A stretch of DNA of 64,000 nt. It comes from Octopus sinensis. Taxonomy: Eukaryota. The notes beneath the pieces are model-generated. The model saw only the letters and a program-made list of their open reading frames with translations, searched no databases and was not told the origin of the DNA. The DNA is taken from positions 95,095 to 159,094 of the forward strand of contig NW_021833036.1 in assembly GCF_006345805.1 (NCBI RefSeq), given 5' to 3'. The translations under genes and the position numbers were made by a program. Of this stretch, positions 11,902 through 23,558 are shown one piece after another (position 1 is the first letter of the stretch; each line of letters opens with the position of its first letter).

Positions 11902-12240
11902 TCTCTTATATAAAATCCGTTCTGTTTGTCTGTGTGTGTGTCTTGTAGGATCTCGGGCATCCTCCATCCGGTTGCGCTCAAATTTGATATGTAGATACCG
12001 ACAGTATCAGGGCGTGTATAAGTCTTGAAAAAATTACAAAACTCGATTCCAGGTGAGAATGCGATCGATAAAGCCGTTTTTGTCCTGCTTTTCTTCCGTC
12101 AACCTATACATAACTGCACCTTCCATTTTTTGTTGTTTTTGTACTTCTTAAGGGCACGTTTCTTTCCTGCCAAGCTTACTGTTTAAACCATGTTTGTGTT
12201 CTCCCAGTCAACAGCCTTATCATTACTGGTACTTTAAACT
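11902..12240 (+). mobile_element. Helitron-like 5' fragment containing an empty TTAA site (12148-51)
   Basis: A|TCTCTTATATAAAATCCG start; paralog at 62764-63575. Confidence 0.65.
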
Positions 12241-12269
12241 CTTCGGTTGCATATTTGTGTGAATAAAAT

Positions 12270-12600
12270 CGATTTTATGTGCCACCGACACAGATGCCAG
12301 ACAAGGCTGGCAAATGGCCACGCTCGGATGGTGTTTTTTTATGTGCCACCGACACAGGTGCCAGACGAGGCTGGCAGACAGCCATGCTCGGATGGTGTTT
12401 TTTATGTGCCACCGACACAGGTGCCAGACGAGGCTGGCGAACCGCCACGATCGGATGGTGTTTGTTACGTGCCCACAGCACGGAGGCCAGTCGATGCGGT
12501 ACTGGCTACGGCCACGTTCGGATGGTTTTCTTATGTGCCACCGGCACTGGTACCACAAAGATACAAATTCCATTGATGTTCATCTATTTTGGTTTGGTTT
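12270..12600 (-). mobile_element. RTE 3'UTR fragment with ~63-bp GC-rich VNTR
   Basis: Repeated GTGCCACCGACACAGGTGCCAGACGAGGCTGGC...GGATGGTG unit, also present in the other RTE tails. Confidence 0.7.
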
Positions 12601-12680
12601 GATTTTGGTTTGATTTTAAATATTTATAAATTCTATCCAAGGAATATTGTCATCATCATTGTTATTATTATTATTATTGT

Positions 12681-13010
12681 GAAGGCACATTGCTCAGTGG
12701 TTAGAGCGTCGAGCTTACGATCATGAGGTTGTGAGTTCGAATCCCGGACCGGGCTGCGTGTTGTGTTCTTGAGCAAGACACTTTATTTCACGTTGCTCCA
12801 GTTCACTCAGCTGTAGTAATGAGTTGCGACGTCACAGGTGCCAAGCTGTATCGGCCCTTTGCCTTTCCCTTGGATAACAACGGTGGTGTGAAGAGAGGCC
12901 GGTATGCATGGCAACTGCTGGTCTTCCATAAACAAACTTACCTGGACTTTTGCCTGGGAGGGTAACTTTCTAGGTGCAATCCCATGGTCAGTCATGACCA
13001 AAAGGGGTTT
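12681..13010 (+). mobile_element. tRNA-derived SINE family D
   Basis: GCTCAGTGGTTAGAGCG...GAGTTCGAATCCC head and CORE-like CTTGAGCAAGACACTT; second copy at about 46040-46447(-). Confidence 0.8.
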
Positions 13011-13425
13011 AACAGCCGTATTATTATTGTATGTGTGTGTATATGTATGTATATATATATATATATATATAATAAGCACTATGACCTGGCAACGCTGGGT
13101 CATAGTGCTAGTGCATGCGTGCACACATACACGCGAGTACTGTCCAAATCTCTGACCATTCACATACAGCTAGCTGGCATTCAATTGGCGTATCAAGTTT
13201 CGGGCATTTTGATTGGGATTTCGATAGAAAATTCACAAAAAAGTCACTTCTATTGATTTTTTTAATGGCTTTGCGGGGTGACTGGGGAAATGTAAAGATG
13301 TGCATGACCACCCTTGGACGGTTTTCAATGACCATAGAAAGTGTGAGCCCTCTAACTGAAAAATTGTGTATTTGTATAAAGGATACACACACAGACAGAT
13401 ATTTTGCCGTTTGTATATAGAGATA

Positions 13426-13462
<37 letters not shown>

Positions 13463-14028
13463 GGCGAGCTGGCAGAATCGTTAGCACGCCGGGCGAAATG
13501 TGTAGCCATATTTCATCTGCCATTACGTTCTGTGTTCAAATTCCACCGAGGTCAACTTTGCCTTTCATCTTTTCGGGGTTGATAAATAAAGTACCGGTTA
13601 CGCACTGGGGTCGATGTAATCGACTTAATCCCTTTGTCTGTCTTTGTTTGTCCCATCTATGTTTAGCCCCTTGTGGGCAATAAAGAAATATATATAGGTG
13701 GCACGTAAAAAGCACCCACTGCACTCGCGGAGTGGTTGGTGTTAGGAAGGGCATCCAGCCGTAGAAACACTGCCAGATTCAGACTGGAGCCTGGAGCAGC
13801 CCCTGGCTTCCCAGACCCCGGTCGAACCATCCAACCCGTGCTAGCGCGGAAAACGGACGTTAAACGATGATGATGATGATATGCACCTATCTTACTGGTC
13901 TGAAAGGGTCCAGTAAAAACCATGAGCAAACCCCCTTATTTTATATCAAATCATTAACGAAATTTAAATCAGAACCCCAAAAGGGAATTCCTAAATATTT
14001 GTGCTTTTTCAATTCCTTCCTGTTGCAG

Positions 14029-14130
14029 CCGGGAGTTGACCCAAATTCAAAAATTCCAACACCAACAGAAACTTATAGAAGAAAAGAACAAGGAGACCCG
14101 GAATCTCCTTGCCGAAGCCATTAAGGACCG
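14029..14130 (+). CDS. GORAB: GORAB exon (start of coiled coil)
   Basis: ttgcag| ... CG|gtaagt; 102 nt, phase 2-2. RELTQIQKFQHQQKLIEEKNKETRNLLAEAIKDR resembles vertebrate GORAB QQEQRLMEEKNKRKKALLAKAIAER (recalled sequence). Confidence 0.92.
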
Positions 14131-14334
14131 GTAAGTCCTGCCTTTAACCTTCTTTGGAAGTTCTTGGATTTAGTTTTTTGTATTTCGTGTGTAAGAGGAT
14201 TCTTTGTTGGAAGAAATGATCCATAGAGTTATCAATAACTTTCATGAACGTCTCCAACAGTGTGTCGACAATGATGGGAAGCCATTAGCTGATTTAATTA
14301 TTAAAACTTAATGAAATAAAATGGCATTATATGT

Positions 14335-15788
14335 ACTCTCTCTCTCTTTACTCTTTTACTTGTTTCACTCATTTTGACTGCGGCCATGCTGGAGCACCGC
14401 CTTTTTTAGTCGAGCAAATCGACCCCAGAACTTATTCTTTGTAAGCCCAGTACTTATTCTATCGGTCTCCTTTGCCGAACCGCTAAGTAACGGGGATGTA
14501 AACTAAACACACCAGCATCGGTTGTCAAGTGATGTTGGGGGGACAAACACAGACACACAAACATATACACACACACACATATATACAACGGGCTACTTTC
14601 AGTTTCTGTCAACCAAATCCACTCACAAGGCTTTGGTCGGCTCGAGGCTATAGTAGAAGACACTTTCCCAAGGTGTCACGCTATGGGACTCAACCCGGAA
14701 CCATGTGGCTGGTAAGCAAGCTACTTACCACACAGTCACTCCTGTGCCTATATATATATACATACACATACATGATGGGCTTCTTTCAGTTTCCATCTCC
14801 CAAATCCACTCACAAGGCTTTGGTTGGCTCGAGGCTATAGTAGAAGACATTTTCCTAAGGTGCCACGCAGTGGGACTGAACCCTGAACCGTGTGGTTGGT
14901 AAACAAGCTACTTACCACACAGCCACTCCTGCGCCTTTAGCTGATTTAATTTTTAAAACTTAATGAAATAAAATGGCATTATATGTACTCTTTACTCTTT
15001 TTTACTCTTTTACTTGTTTCAGTCATTTGACTGTGGCCATGCTAGAGCACTGCCTTAAATCGAGCAACTCGACCCCGGGACTTATTCTTTGTAAGCCCAG
15101 TACTTATTCTATCGGTCTCTTTTGCCGAAACGCTAAGAAACGGGGACATAAACACACCAGCATCGGTTGTCAAGCAATGCTAGGGGGACAAACACAGACA
15201 CACAAACACACACATATATATATATACATATATACGACAGGCTTGTTTTAGTTTCCGTCTACCAAATCCACTCACAAGGCATTGGTCGGCCCGGGGCTAT
15301 AGCAGAAGACACTTGCCCAAGGTGCCACGCAGTGGGACTGAACCCGGAACCATGTGGTTGGTAAGCAAGCTACTTACTACACACCCACTCCTGTGCCTAT
15401 ATATATATATATACACATACATATATATGATGGGCTTCTTTCAGTTTCCATCTCCCAAATCCACTCACAAGGCTTTGGTCGGCCCGAGGCTATAGTAGAA
15501 GACACTTTCCCGAGGTGCCACGCAGTGGGACTGAACCCTGAACCGTGTGGTTGGTAAGCAAGCTACTTACCACACACCCACTCCTGTGCCTATATATATA
15601 TATATACATACACATACATATATATGATGGGCTTCTTTCAGTTTCCATCTCCCAAATCCACTCACAAGGCTTTGGTCGGCTCGAGGCTATAGTAGAAGAC
15701 ACTTTCCTAAGGTGCCACGCAGTGGGACTGAACCCTGAACCGTGTGGTTGGTAAACAAGCTACTTACCACACAGCCACTCCTGCGCCT
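14335..15788 (-). mobile_element. Two adjacent multi-headed SINE B copies separated by a duplicated ~55-bp flank
   Basis: GCTGATTTAATTWTTAAAACTTAATGAAATAAAATGGCAT occurs three times (about 14259, 14940, 15792); the head module is repeated within each copy. Confidence 0.8.
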
Positions 15789-15889
15789 TAAGCTGATTTA
15801 ATTTTTAAAACTTAATGAAATAAAATGGCATCATATGTACATTCAGAAAACAAAATTTTTTTTTCATTATTTCTTATTTTATGCTTTCA

Positions 15890-16479
15890 TTAACCCCTTA
15901 CCCGGCAGAAACGAATATATGCGTTTTGACCGAAATCGTTTTTTTCTATCTCTGGCGAGTTAACTCGTCAAAAGATAGACTCGCCAAAACGACAGCAAAC
16001 GAGTTCCTTCATCTATTATAAACTCCTTTTTGACATATACGAGTATATTCGCTCACTTTATACGTCTGGCAGTGACGATTTCTGCCACCTTTCGCTTGAG
16101 TAAGGCATTGAAGACCGAGTATGATTTAGTCACCTGGAGACAGTCGAAGCGTTGGAAGGCACATTTTATGAATAGAAGTATTCACTTTGTTTTTACGTTG
16201 TTTTTTTTTTATACCTTTATATTATAACCCCACCATGTCGATAATCAAATAAAATAACATGATTTTTTGTAAAAGTAATGATTTATGAAAAAAACGGGTT
16301 AACTCGTTTCTGCCCAAAGCGGTAATTTAAAATCAATATTATTGAATTAAAATTCATAATAAATAAGGCTTGAAATATACCTCAAAATCACCATTCAAAA
16401 CATAGTAAAATAAAACAATTAAAAAATATGTCTGAAAAAATACATTTATTTTCAAAATAATTGTTGGGTAAGGGGTTAA
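15890..16479. mobile_element. piggyBac-type MITE (second family)
   Basis: TTAA|CCCCTTACCC ... GGGTAAGGGG|TTAA perfect 10-bp TIRs and TTAA TSD; ends about 110 bp upstream of the GORAB acceptor at 16591. Confidence 0.85.
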
Positions 16480-16591
16480 GCCTCCAAAATGTGTCAGATC
16501 ATTTCGGTCCACCCTGTAATTCATCACCAGGGTTTTTAAAAAAAATATTTCTTTTAATTCCTCGTATGTTTCCACTTCTTTTATTCCTTAG

Positions 16592-16732
16592 ATGGGAGAA
16601 AGCAGAAACAGAAGCCGTCTTGTTGACCAAATTGCAAAAGGATCTCTCACGGCTGGACGACCTCCTTACTGCTGACGTGTCCATCATCCGAGACAAAATC
16701 GAAACTTCCAGCTTGGAGTACCTTGAAGCACA
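16592..16732 (+). CDS. GORAB: GORAB exon (conserved core)
   Basis: ccttag| ... CA|gtatgt; phase 2-2. WEKAETEAVLLTKLQKDLSRLDDLLTADVSIIRDKIETSSLEYLEAQ matches GORAB [26 protein letters not shown]. Confidence 0.95.
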
Positions 16733-16766
16733 GTATGTAAAAATACATACATATATATATATCATC

Positions 16767-17470
16767 ATCATCATCATCATCGTTTAACGTCCGTTCTCCC
16801 TGCTAGCATGGGTTGGACGGTTTGACCGGGGATCCGGGAAGCCAGAAGGCTGCACCAGGCTCCGGTCTGATCTGGCAATGTTTCTACAGCTGGATGCCCT
16901 TCCTAACGCCAACCACTCCGTGAGTGTAGTGGGTGCTTTTTACATGCCACCTGCACTGGTGCCAGGCGAGGCTGGCATCGGCCACGGTCGGATTGGTGCA
17001 TTTTACGTGCCACCTGCACGGAAGCCAGTCGAGGCGGCACTGGCTTCGGCCACGATTCGGATGGTGCTTTTTACGTGCCACCCGACCGGAACCCAGTCGA
17101 GGCGGCGCTGGCATCGGCCACGATTCGGATAGTGCTTTTTACGTATCTCCAGTCCAGGGGTCCTGGCATCTGCCGGGTGCCAGTCATAGGATTGGTTCAA
17201 TTTCGATTCCGATTTCACTTGCCCCAACAGGTCTTTGTGTGTCCAAGGGGGGAAAGGCATGCATAAGTGGGCTGGACTCACTTGTCCTGCCTGGTCTTTT
17301 CATGCACAGCATATTTCCAAAGGTCTCGGTTGCTAGTCATTTCCTCAGTGAGACCTAAAGTTCGAAGTCGTGCTTCACCACCTCGTCCCAAGTTTTCCTG
17401 GGTCTACCTCTTCCACGGGTTCCCTCCACTGCTAGGGATTGGCATATATCCATATCTATTATATTGCCCT
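16767..17470 (-). mobile_element. 5'-truncated RTE (BovB-like) LINE: ORF2 end, VNTR-containing 3'UTR, (GAT)n tail
   Basis: Reverse strand encodes ...LRTLGLTEEMTSNRDLWKYAVHEKTRQDK*, followed by 3'UTR TGGCGTTAGGAAGGGCATCCAGC...GGACGTTAAACGATGATG. Many shorter copies, e.g. 13700-13880, 27310-27990, 28915-29560, 39472-39635, 44090-44708 and 58630-59172. Confidence 0.85.
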
Positions 17471-17624
17471 CATTTTCCCTACCCCCAAATTGATATGCAC
17501 TCTATCTCCGCTCAATCCCTATCTCTGATTGTGTGTTTTTATTCTCCCTCTCTCATATTCACCTTCTAGCTTCAGGGTGCTCTCTCTCACTTTCTCTCTC
17601 CCTCTCTCTCAAAAAGGATTAGTC

Positions 17625-17711
17625 ATTCATGTACTTCGAAGTTTCGCCCTTAACAATTAAATACACATTAATTAATTAGTTAATGCATGTCTATGGCTCA
17701 TCAGCGAGAAT
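17625..17711 (-). ncRNA. Type I hammerhead-ribozyme motif (Penelope-type)
   Basis: CUGAUGA-GCC...GGC-GAAA with palindromic stem III ACUUCGAAGU and GUA site; helix I pairs at only 5 of 7 positions. Confidence 0.6.
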
Positions 17712-17751
17712 TACTACGGACGTATAAATATAAAGCTCAAATACATACTGC

Positions 17752-17784
<33 letters not shown>

Positions 17785-17791
17785 TATAGGA

Positions 17792-18173
17792 TGGAAGCAC
17801 TCCGTCGGTAACGACGATGAGGGTTCCGGTTGATCCGATCAACGGAACAGCTTGCTCGTGAAATTAACGTGTAAGTGGCTGAGCACTCCACAGACACGTG
17901 TACCCTTAATGTAGTTCTCGGGGATATTCAGCGTGACACAGAGAGTGACAAGGCCGGCCCTTTGAAATACAGGTACAACAGAAAAATAGGAAGTAAGAGT
18001 GAGAGAAAGTTGTGGTGAAAGAGTACAGCAGGGATCACTACCATCCCCGCCGGAGCCTTGTGGAGCTTTTGGTGTTTTCGCTCAATAAACACTCACAACA
18101 CCCGGTCTGGGAATCGAAACCGCGATCCTATGACCGCGAGTCCGCTGCCCTAACCACTGGGCCATTGTGCCTC
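17792..18173 (-). mobile_element. SINE A
   Basis: Near-identical to 3269-3651. Confidence 0.88.
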
Positions 18174-18186
18174 CATATATATATAT

Positions 18187-18221
<35 letters not shown>

Positions 18222-18325
18222 CCGGAGTAAACACATAAATGTGAAACAATGTGGAAAAAAGAGTACTCAAATACCAGTGGTAGAGTAATATGCTTTATTT
18301 AAAAGCAGCAGAAATTCAACAAAAC

Positions 18326-18364
18326 CTGTTTACTCAGAGTTTCACATTCCTGTTCATCGGACAG
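18326..18364 (-). ncRNA. Degenerate minimal hammerhead motif
   Basis: CCGAUGA (U4>C)-ACA ggaa UGU-GAAA-CUCUGAGUA. Confidence 0.4.
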
Positions 18365-18636
18365 TTTTGTTAAAATAGAACCAATATGACAATTCTATCA
18401 AGACTAGTGTAAACGTTACGCCTTTAAAAATGGACTTGCTTGATTGGTCCTTTCAAATAACGGTCATATGTGAGCGATAAACAAAAATGAGTTCAATATA
18501 AAATATAAAATTATAAAAGTTGAGGAAAAACCTTAAATCGAATCTTTGGTTAAAATGTCATTAATAAAGAAAATATAATTAATACATAGAAATTGAAATT
18601 AAAATATTAAAATATATTAAAATATTTCACAACAGT

Positions 18637-18704
18637 ACATAGATAGATAGATAGATAGATAGACAGATAGATAGATAGATAGCTAGATAGACAGATAGAT
18701 AGAC

Positions 18705-18755
<51 letters not shown>

Positions 18756-18768
18756 CAGATAGATAGAC

Positions 18769-18799
<31 letters not shown>

Positions 18800-18828
18800 C
18801 AGATAGATAGATAGACAGATAGATAGAC

Positions 18829-18859
<31 letters not shown>

Positions 18860-18900
18860 CAGATAGATAGATAGATAGATAGATAGACAGATAGATAGAC

Positions 18901-18939
<39 letters not shown>

Positions 18940-18952
18940 CAGATAGATAGAC

Positions 18953-19003
<51 letters not shown>

Positions 19004-19016
19004 CAGATAGATAGAC

Positions 19017-19047
<31 letters not shown>

Positions 19048-19073
19048 GAGATAGATAGACAGATAGATAGATA
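18637..19073. repeat. (GATA/GACA)n microsatellite, about 440 bp
   Basis: Direct reading. Confidence 0.97.
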
Positions 19074-19182
19074 GCATTCATCATCATCATTTGATGTCCA
19101 TTGTCCTTGCTGGTATGGGTTGGATGGTTTGACCAGGGCTGGTAAGCTGAGGGGCTGATTTGGCATGGTTTCTACAGCTGTA

Positions 19183-19670
19183 ATGATATGCATAAGATCT
19201 GGTCATCAAATCTAAGTAGAGACTTCAAACTTGAAATCTTCAAAGCCACAGTCGAACCAATTCTACTATATGGCTCAGAAACCTGGACGTTATCAAAGAA
19301 GCTTGAGAGGCGGTTGGATGGAACCTACACTCGCTTCCTTATGAGAGCACAAAATCTCTCGTGGAAGCGCCATCCAACCAAAATGCAAATATATGGGAAA
19401 CTACCACCTGTGTCATATCTTGTGAAAGGTAGAAGAGTCCAGTTTGCTGGACATTGTTGTAGAGCTGAAAAAGAAGTAATTTCTACTCTTCTCCTCTGGA
19501 AGCCATCTACTCGCAATACCAGAGGGCGCACACTCTCCTACCCTGATGTAATCTCCAGGGATACAGGCATCCAGCAACAGGACCTCCGTAATGCTATGAT
19601 AGACCGTGAAGTCTGGCGTAGCATGGTAAATTCCATTGTCTCGACCACGGTTGAACAGTGATGATGATGA
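19183..19670 (+). mobile_element. 5'-truncated RTE-clade LINE
   Basis: Open 157-aa RT C-terminus (ILLYGSETW) followed by a (GAT)n tail. Confidence 0.88.
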
Positions 19671-19985
19671 CAGCTGGATGCCCTTCCTAATGTTAACCAC
19701 TCCAAGAGTGTAATGGGTGCTTTTACGTGCCACGGGCATGGGTGCCAGTTGCGTGGCACCAGTGTCTCCCACGACTATGATTTTCACTCGGCTTGATGGG
19801 TTACACGCACAGCAGCTTCGCACAGTTTCCCATCTGCCAGGATCAGTCACAAGACAATGAAACCCGCAGGGCCTGAGGCCATAGTAGAAAACATTTGCAC
19901 AAGATGCCGTGCAGTGGGACTGAACCCAAAAACATGAAGTTGAAAAGCAAACCTCTTAACCACACATCCATGCCTACACCTCTAT

Positions 19986-20023
<38 letters not shown>

Positions 20024-20827
20024 GCTGTTTCCTCCTTAAACCCTCCAAATAAGTCCTTATGTGGTACTCTTTACTCTCTCTCTTTTACTTGCTTCGAGCA
20101 AATCGACCCCAGGAGTTATTCTTCGTAAGCCCAGTACTTATTCTGTCGATCTCTTTTGCCGAACCGCTAAGTTACGGGGACGTAAACACACCAGCATCGG
20201 TTGTCAAGCAATGTTGGGGGGACAAACAGACACACAACACACACACACACATATATACATATATATGATGGGCTTTGACACCGCTTGAAAAAAATCCCAT
20301 TTTCCGTAGCAATCATTATCATCATCATCATCATTGTTTAACGTCCGTTCTCCATGCTAGCATGGGTTGGACGGTTTGACTGGGGTCTGGGAAGCCAGAA
20401 GGCTGCACCAGGCTCCAGTCTGATCTGGCAGACTGGAGCAATGTCGTATGAAATTGTCACCCATAATTATAACCCTAGTATCTTTGTAAGCCTAGTACTT
20501 ATTCTATTGGTCTCTTTTGCCGAACTGCTATGTTACGGAGACGTAAACACACCAACATCGGTTGTCAAGCGATGTTGGGGGACAAACAGACACACAAACA
20601 CATACACACACACACACACATATATACATATATACGATGGGCTTCTTTCAGTTTCCGTCTACCAAATCCACTCACAAGGCTCTGGTCGGCCCGAGGCTAT
20701 TGTAGAAGACACTTGCCCAAGGTGCCACGCAGTGGGACTGAACCCGGAACCATGTGGTTTGTAAGCAAGCTACTTACCACACAGCCTCTCCTACGCCTGG
20801 GAAACAAAATACAAGGCTTTATTTTGC

Positions 20828-21521
20828 ATCTTCTTTCTTTCTTTCTTTCTTCTTCTTCTTCTTTCTTCTTCTTCTTTCTTCTTCTTCTTCTTCTTCTTCT
20901 TCTTCTTCTTCTTCTTTTCTTCTTCTTCTTTCTTCTTCTTCTCTTCTTCTCCTTCTTCCCCTTCTTCTCCTCCTTCTTCTTCTTCTTCTTCTTCTTTCTT
21001 CTTCTCTTTCTTTCTTCTTCTTCTTTCTTTCTTTCTTTCTTTTTCTTCCCTTTCTTCTTCTTCCCTTTCTTCTTCTACTTCTTTTCGTCCCTTTCTTCTT
21101 CTCTTCTCCTCCTTCTTCTTCTTCTTCTTCTTCTCCTTCTTCTCCTTCTTCTCCTTCTTCTCCTTCTTCTTCTTCTTCTCCTCCTTCTTCTTCTTCTTCT
21201 CCTCCTTCTCCTTCTTCTCCTTCTTCTTCTTCCCTTTCTTCTTCTTTTCTTCTTCTTCTTCTTTTCTTCTTCTTCTTCTTCTTTTCTTCTTCTTCTCTTT
21301 CTTTCTTTCTTCTTTTTCTTTTCTTTCCCTTTCTTCTTCTTCTTCTTCTTCTTCTTCGTTTTCTTCTTCTTCTCCTCCTCCTTCTTCTCCTTCTTCCCCT
21401 TCTTCTCCTCCTTCTCCTCCTCCCCCTCTTCCTCCCCCCTCCTCCTTCTTCTTCCCCCTCCCCCTATCTCCCCCACTCCTGCTCACCACCATCTTTCTAA
21501 CGCCTTCTTCTCTCTTTCCAG
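20828..21521. repeat. (TTC/TCC)n polypyrimidine tract abutting the GORAB last-exon acceptor
   Basis: About 650 nt almost purine-free on +. Confidence 0.97.
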
Positions 21522-22491
21522 GAAGCGTTACGAGAGAGCCGAGAAGGAGTTCATCAGGTGCAAACTGGAGATGTTCCGTAAGGCCGAACTCAAGGAACAG
21601 CTCACCGAACACCTGTACACCATTATTTACCAGAACGAGATGAGGAAGGCGCAGAAGCTGTCGGAACTGACGGAGAAGCTAAAGATTTGTCCAATATCAG
21701 AAGAGGTGGAGTGCATCCTTCCGCAAATGCCACCAGTTCCTGTATATAACCCCGTTAACACGATACACTCCCCCTGCAAAGACATTTCCACCACCACTGC
21801 CAACACCACCACCACCACAACCACTGATACAACCACTGCCAACACCACCACCACCACAACCACCGACAGCACCACAACCCCTGACAGCACCACAACCACT
21901 GACACCACCACCACAACCACTGACACCACCACTACTGCTAGTGTGACCCCTTCTAATGCTAGCAGTACAGATAAAGGGTCGGCAATAGCTATCGAAGGTT
22001 GCCCCGAGAAAGACACCCCTGTGACCTCCCCCGCAGAAACGGCGCCTTCGCAGTCTGAGGAGTGCCACGCTGCTGAGACGTGTGCCGACGCTTGTCCCTC
22101 CGGAGGAACGGAGTCAGCCCCGGAGGGCTCTGGAAATCCCGGTGGAGATCCGCTTACCGAAAAACTGTCCGAGTCGCGAGTGGGAGCCGGGGACGACGTG
22201 ACCCTTGCTGTCTCCAGCCCCATCGAAAATAACACCAGCAACATCGTTAGTGGCGGAAATAGCAGCAGTAGTAATAATAATAATAATAATAATAATAGTA
22301 GTAGTAGTAGTAGTAATAATAATATTAACGATAATAATAATAATAATAATAATAATGCTGACAGCAACAACAACAATAATAACAATAATAATAATAATAA
22401 TGTAACAGTCCCTGCCTTAGCAACGCAACACAAGAATACCAATGCAAAGGGAGATAATCATAACGAGGGGGAGGGAACTGGTGATAGTTGA
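21522..22491 (+). CDS. GORAB: GORAB terminal coding exon with long Thr/Asn/Ser-rich tail
   Basis: tttccag| acceptor; [49 protein letters not shown] matches GORAB [49 protein letters not shown]; stop TAG at 22489-91. Confidence 0.95.
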
Positions 22492-22654
22492 GATACTCAG
22501 AGACTAAACCAGACTAAACGCCTTACCATCCTTTTTTTTGATCTCTTTAGGTATTTTTTTTTCCTTTTGGGAGCTCAAATCTCATTCATCCATACAAGGT
22601 CAAATGTCATTTTGTACCAGGGGATTCTCATTTTTTAAAAATATTTTTTTTCCT

Positions 22655-22980
22655 GTGTACTTTATTATAATTCTGTACTTTGAGTCTGCACTTTATCATA
22701 ATCCTGTACTTTATTATAATCCTGTACTTCAATCCTGTACTTTATTATAATTCTGTACTTTAATTCTGTACTTTATTATAATTCTGTACTTTATTATAAT
22801 CATGTACTTCAATTCTGTACTTTATTATAATTCTGCACTTTATTATAATCATGTACTTTAATTCTGTACTTTATTATAATTCTGTACTTTAATTCTGTAC
22901 TTTATTATAATCCTGTACTTCATCATAATCCTGTACTTTATTAAAATATTGTACTCCAATTCTGTACTTTATTATAATTC
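22655..22980 (+). repeat. 13/18-bp minisatellite (TGTACTTTATTATAATTC) downstream of the GORAB stop
   Basis: About 20 units counted by eye. Confidence 0.9.
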
Positions 22981-23463
22981 AGTCAAAACCCATGCTAGCA
23001 TGGAAAGCGGACGTTAAACGATGAATAATAATAATAATAATAATAATCCCTTCTGCTATAGGCACAAAGCCTGAAATTTTTGGGGCCGGGGGCTAGTCAA
23101 TTAGTCCAACCCCAGTATACAACTGGTACTTAATTTATCGACTCCAAAAGGATGAAAGACAGAGTCAACCTCAGCGATATTTGAACTCAGAATGTAGCTG
23201 CAGACGAAATACCTATTTCTTTACTCCCCACAAGGGGCTAAACATAGAGGGGACAAACAAGGACAGACAAACGGATTAAGTTGATTACATCGACCCAAGT
23301 GCGTCACTGCTACTTAATTTATCGACCCCAAAAGGATGAAAGGCAAAGTCAACCTCAGCAGTATTTGAACTCAGAACGTACCTGCAGACGAAATACCACT
23401 AAGCATTTCGCCCAGTGTGCTAACAATTCTGCCAGCTCACCACCTTAGGCTAATTAATATAAT

Positions 23464-23495
<32 letters not shown>

Positions 23496-23514
23496 TAATA
23501 ATAATAATAATAAT

Positions 23515-23558
<44 letters not shown>

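Noticed and set aside
12681-12755. tRNA gene (also the heads at 3580-3650, 6680-6750, 37030-37100)
   Set aside because: A and B boxes are present, but each continues into a conserved SINE body with tails or TSDs, and no complete cloverleaf is evident.
18607-19193. ORFs of IYLS, YI, CV, poly-M/D and similar repeats (also 30858, 39866, 49485, 51926-52601, 54123)
   Set aside because: They are stop-free frames of microsatellites.
20530-21521. 5' two-thirds of the 653-aa ORF, and the Lys/Glu/Arg-rich antisense ORFs
   Set aside because: These translate a SINE B and the (TTC)n tract. The real exon begins at the acceptor at 21521, as shown by phase and GORAB homology.
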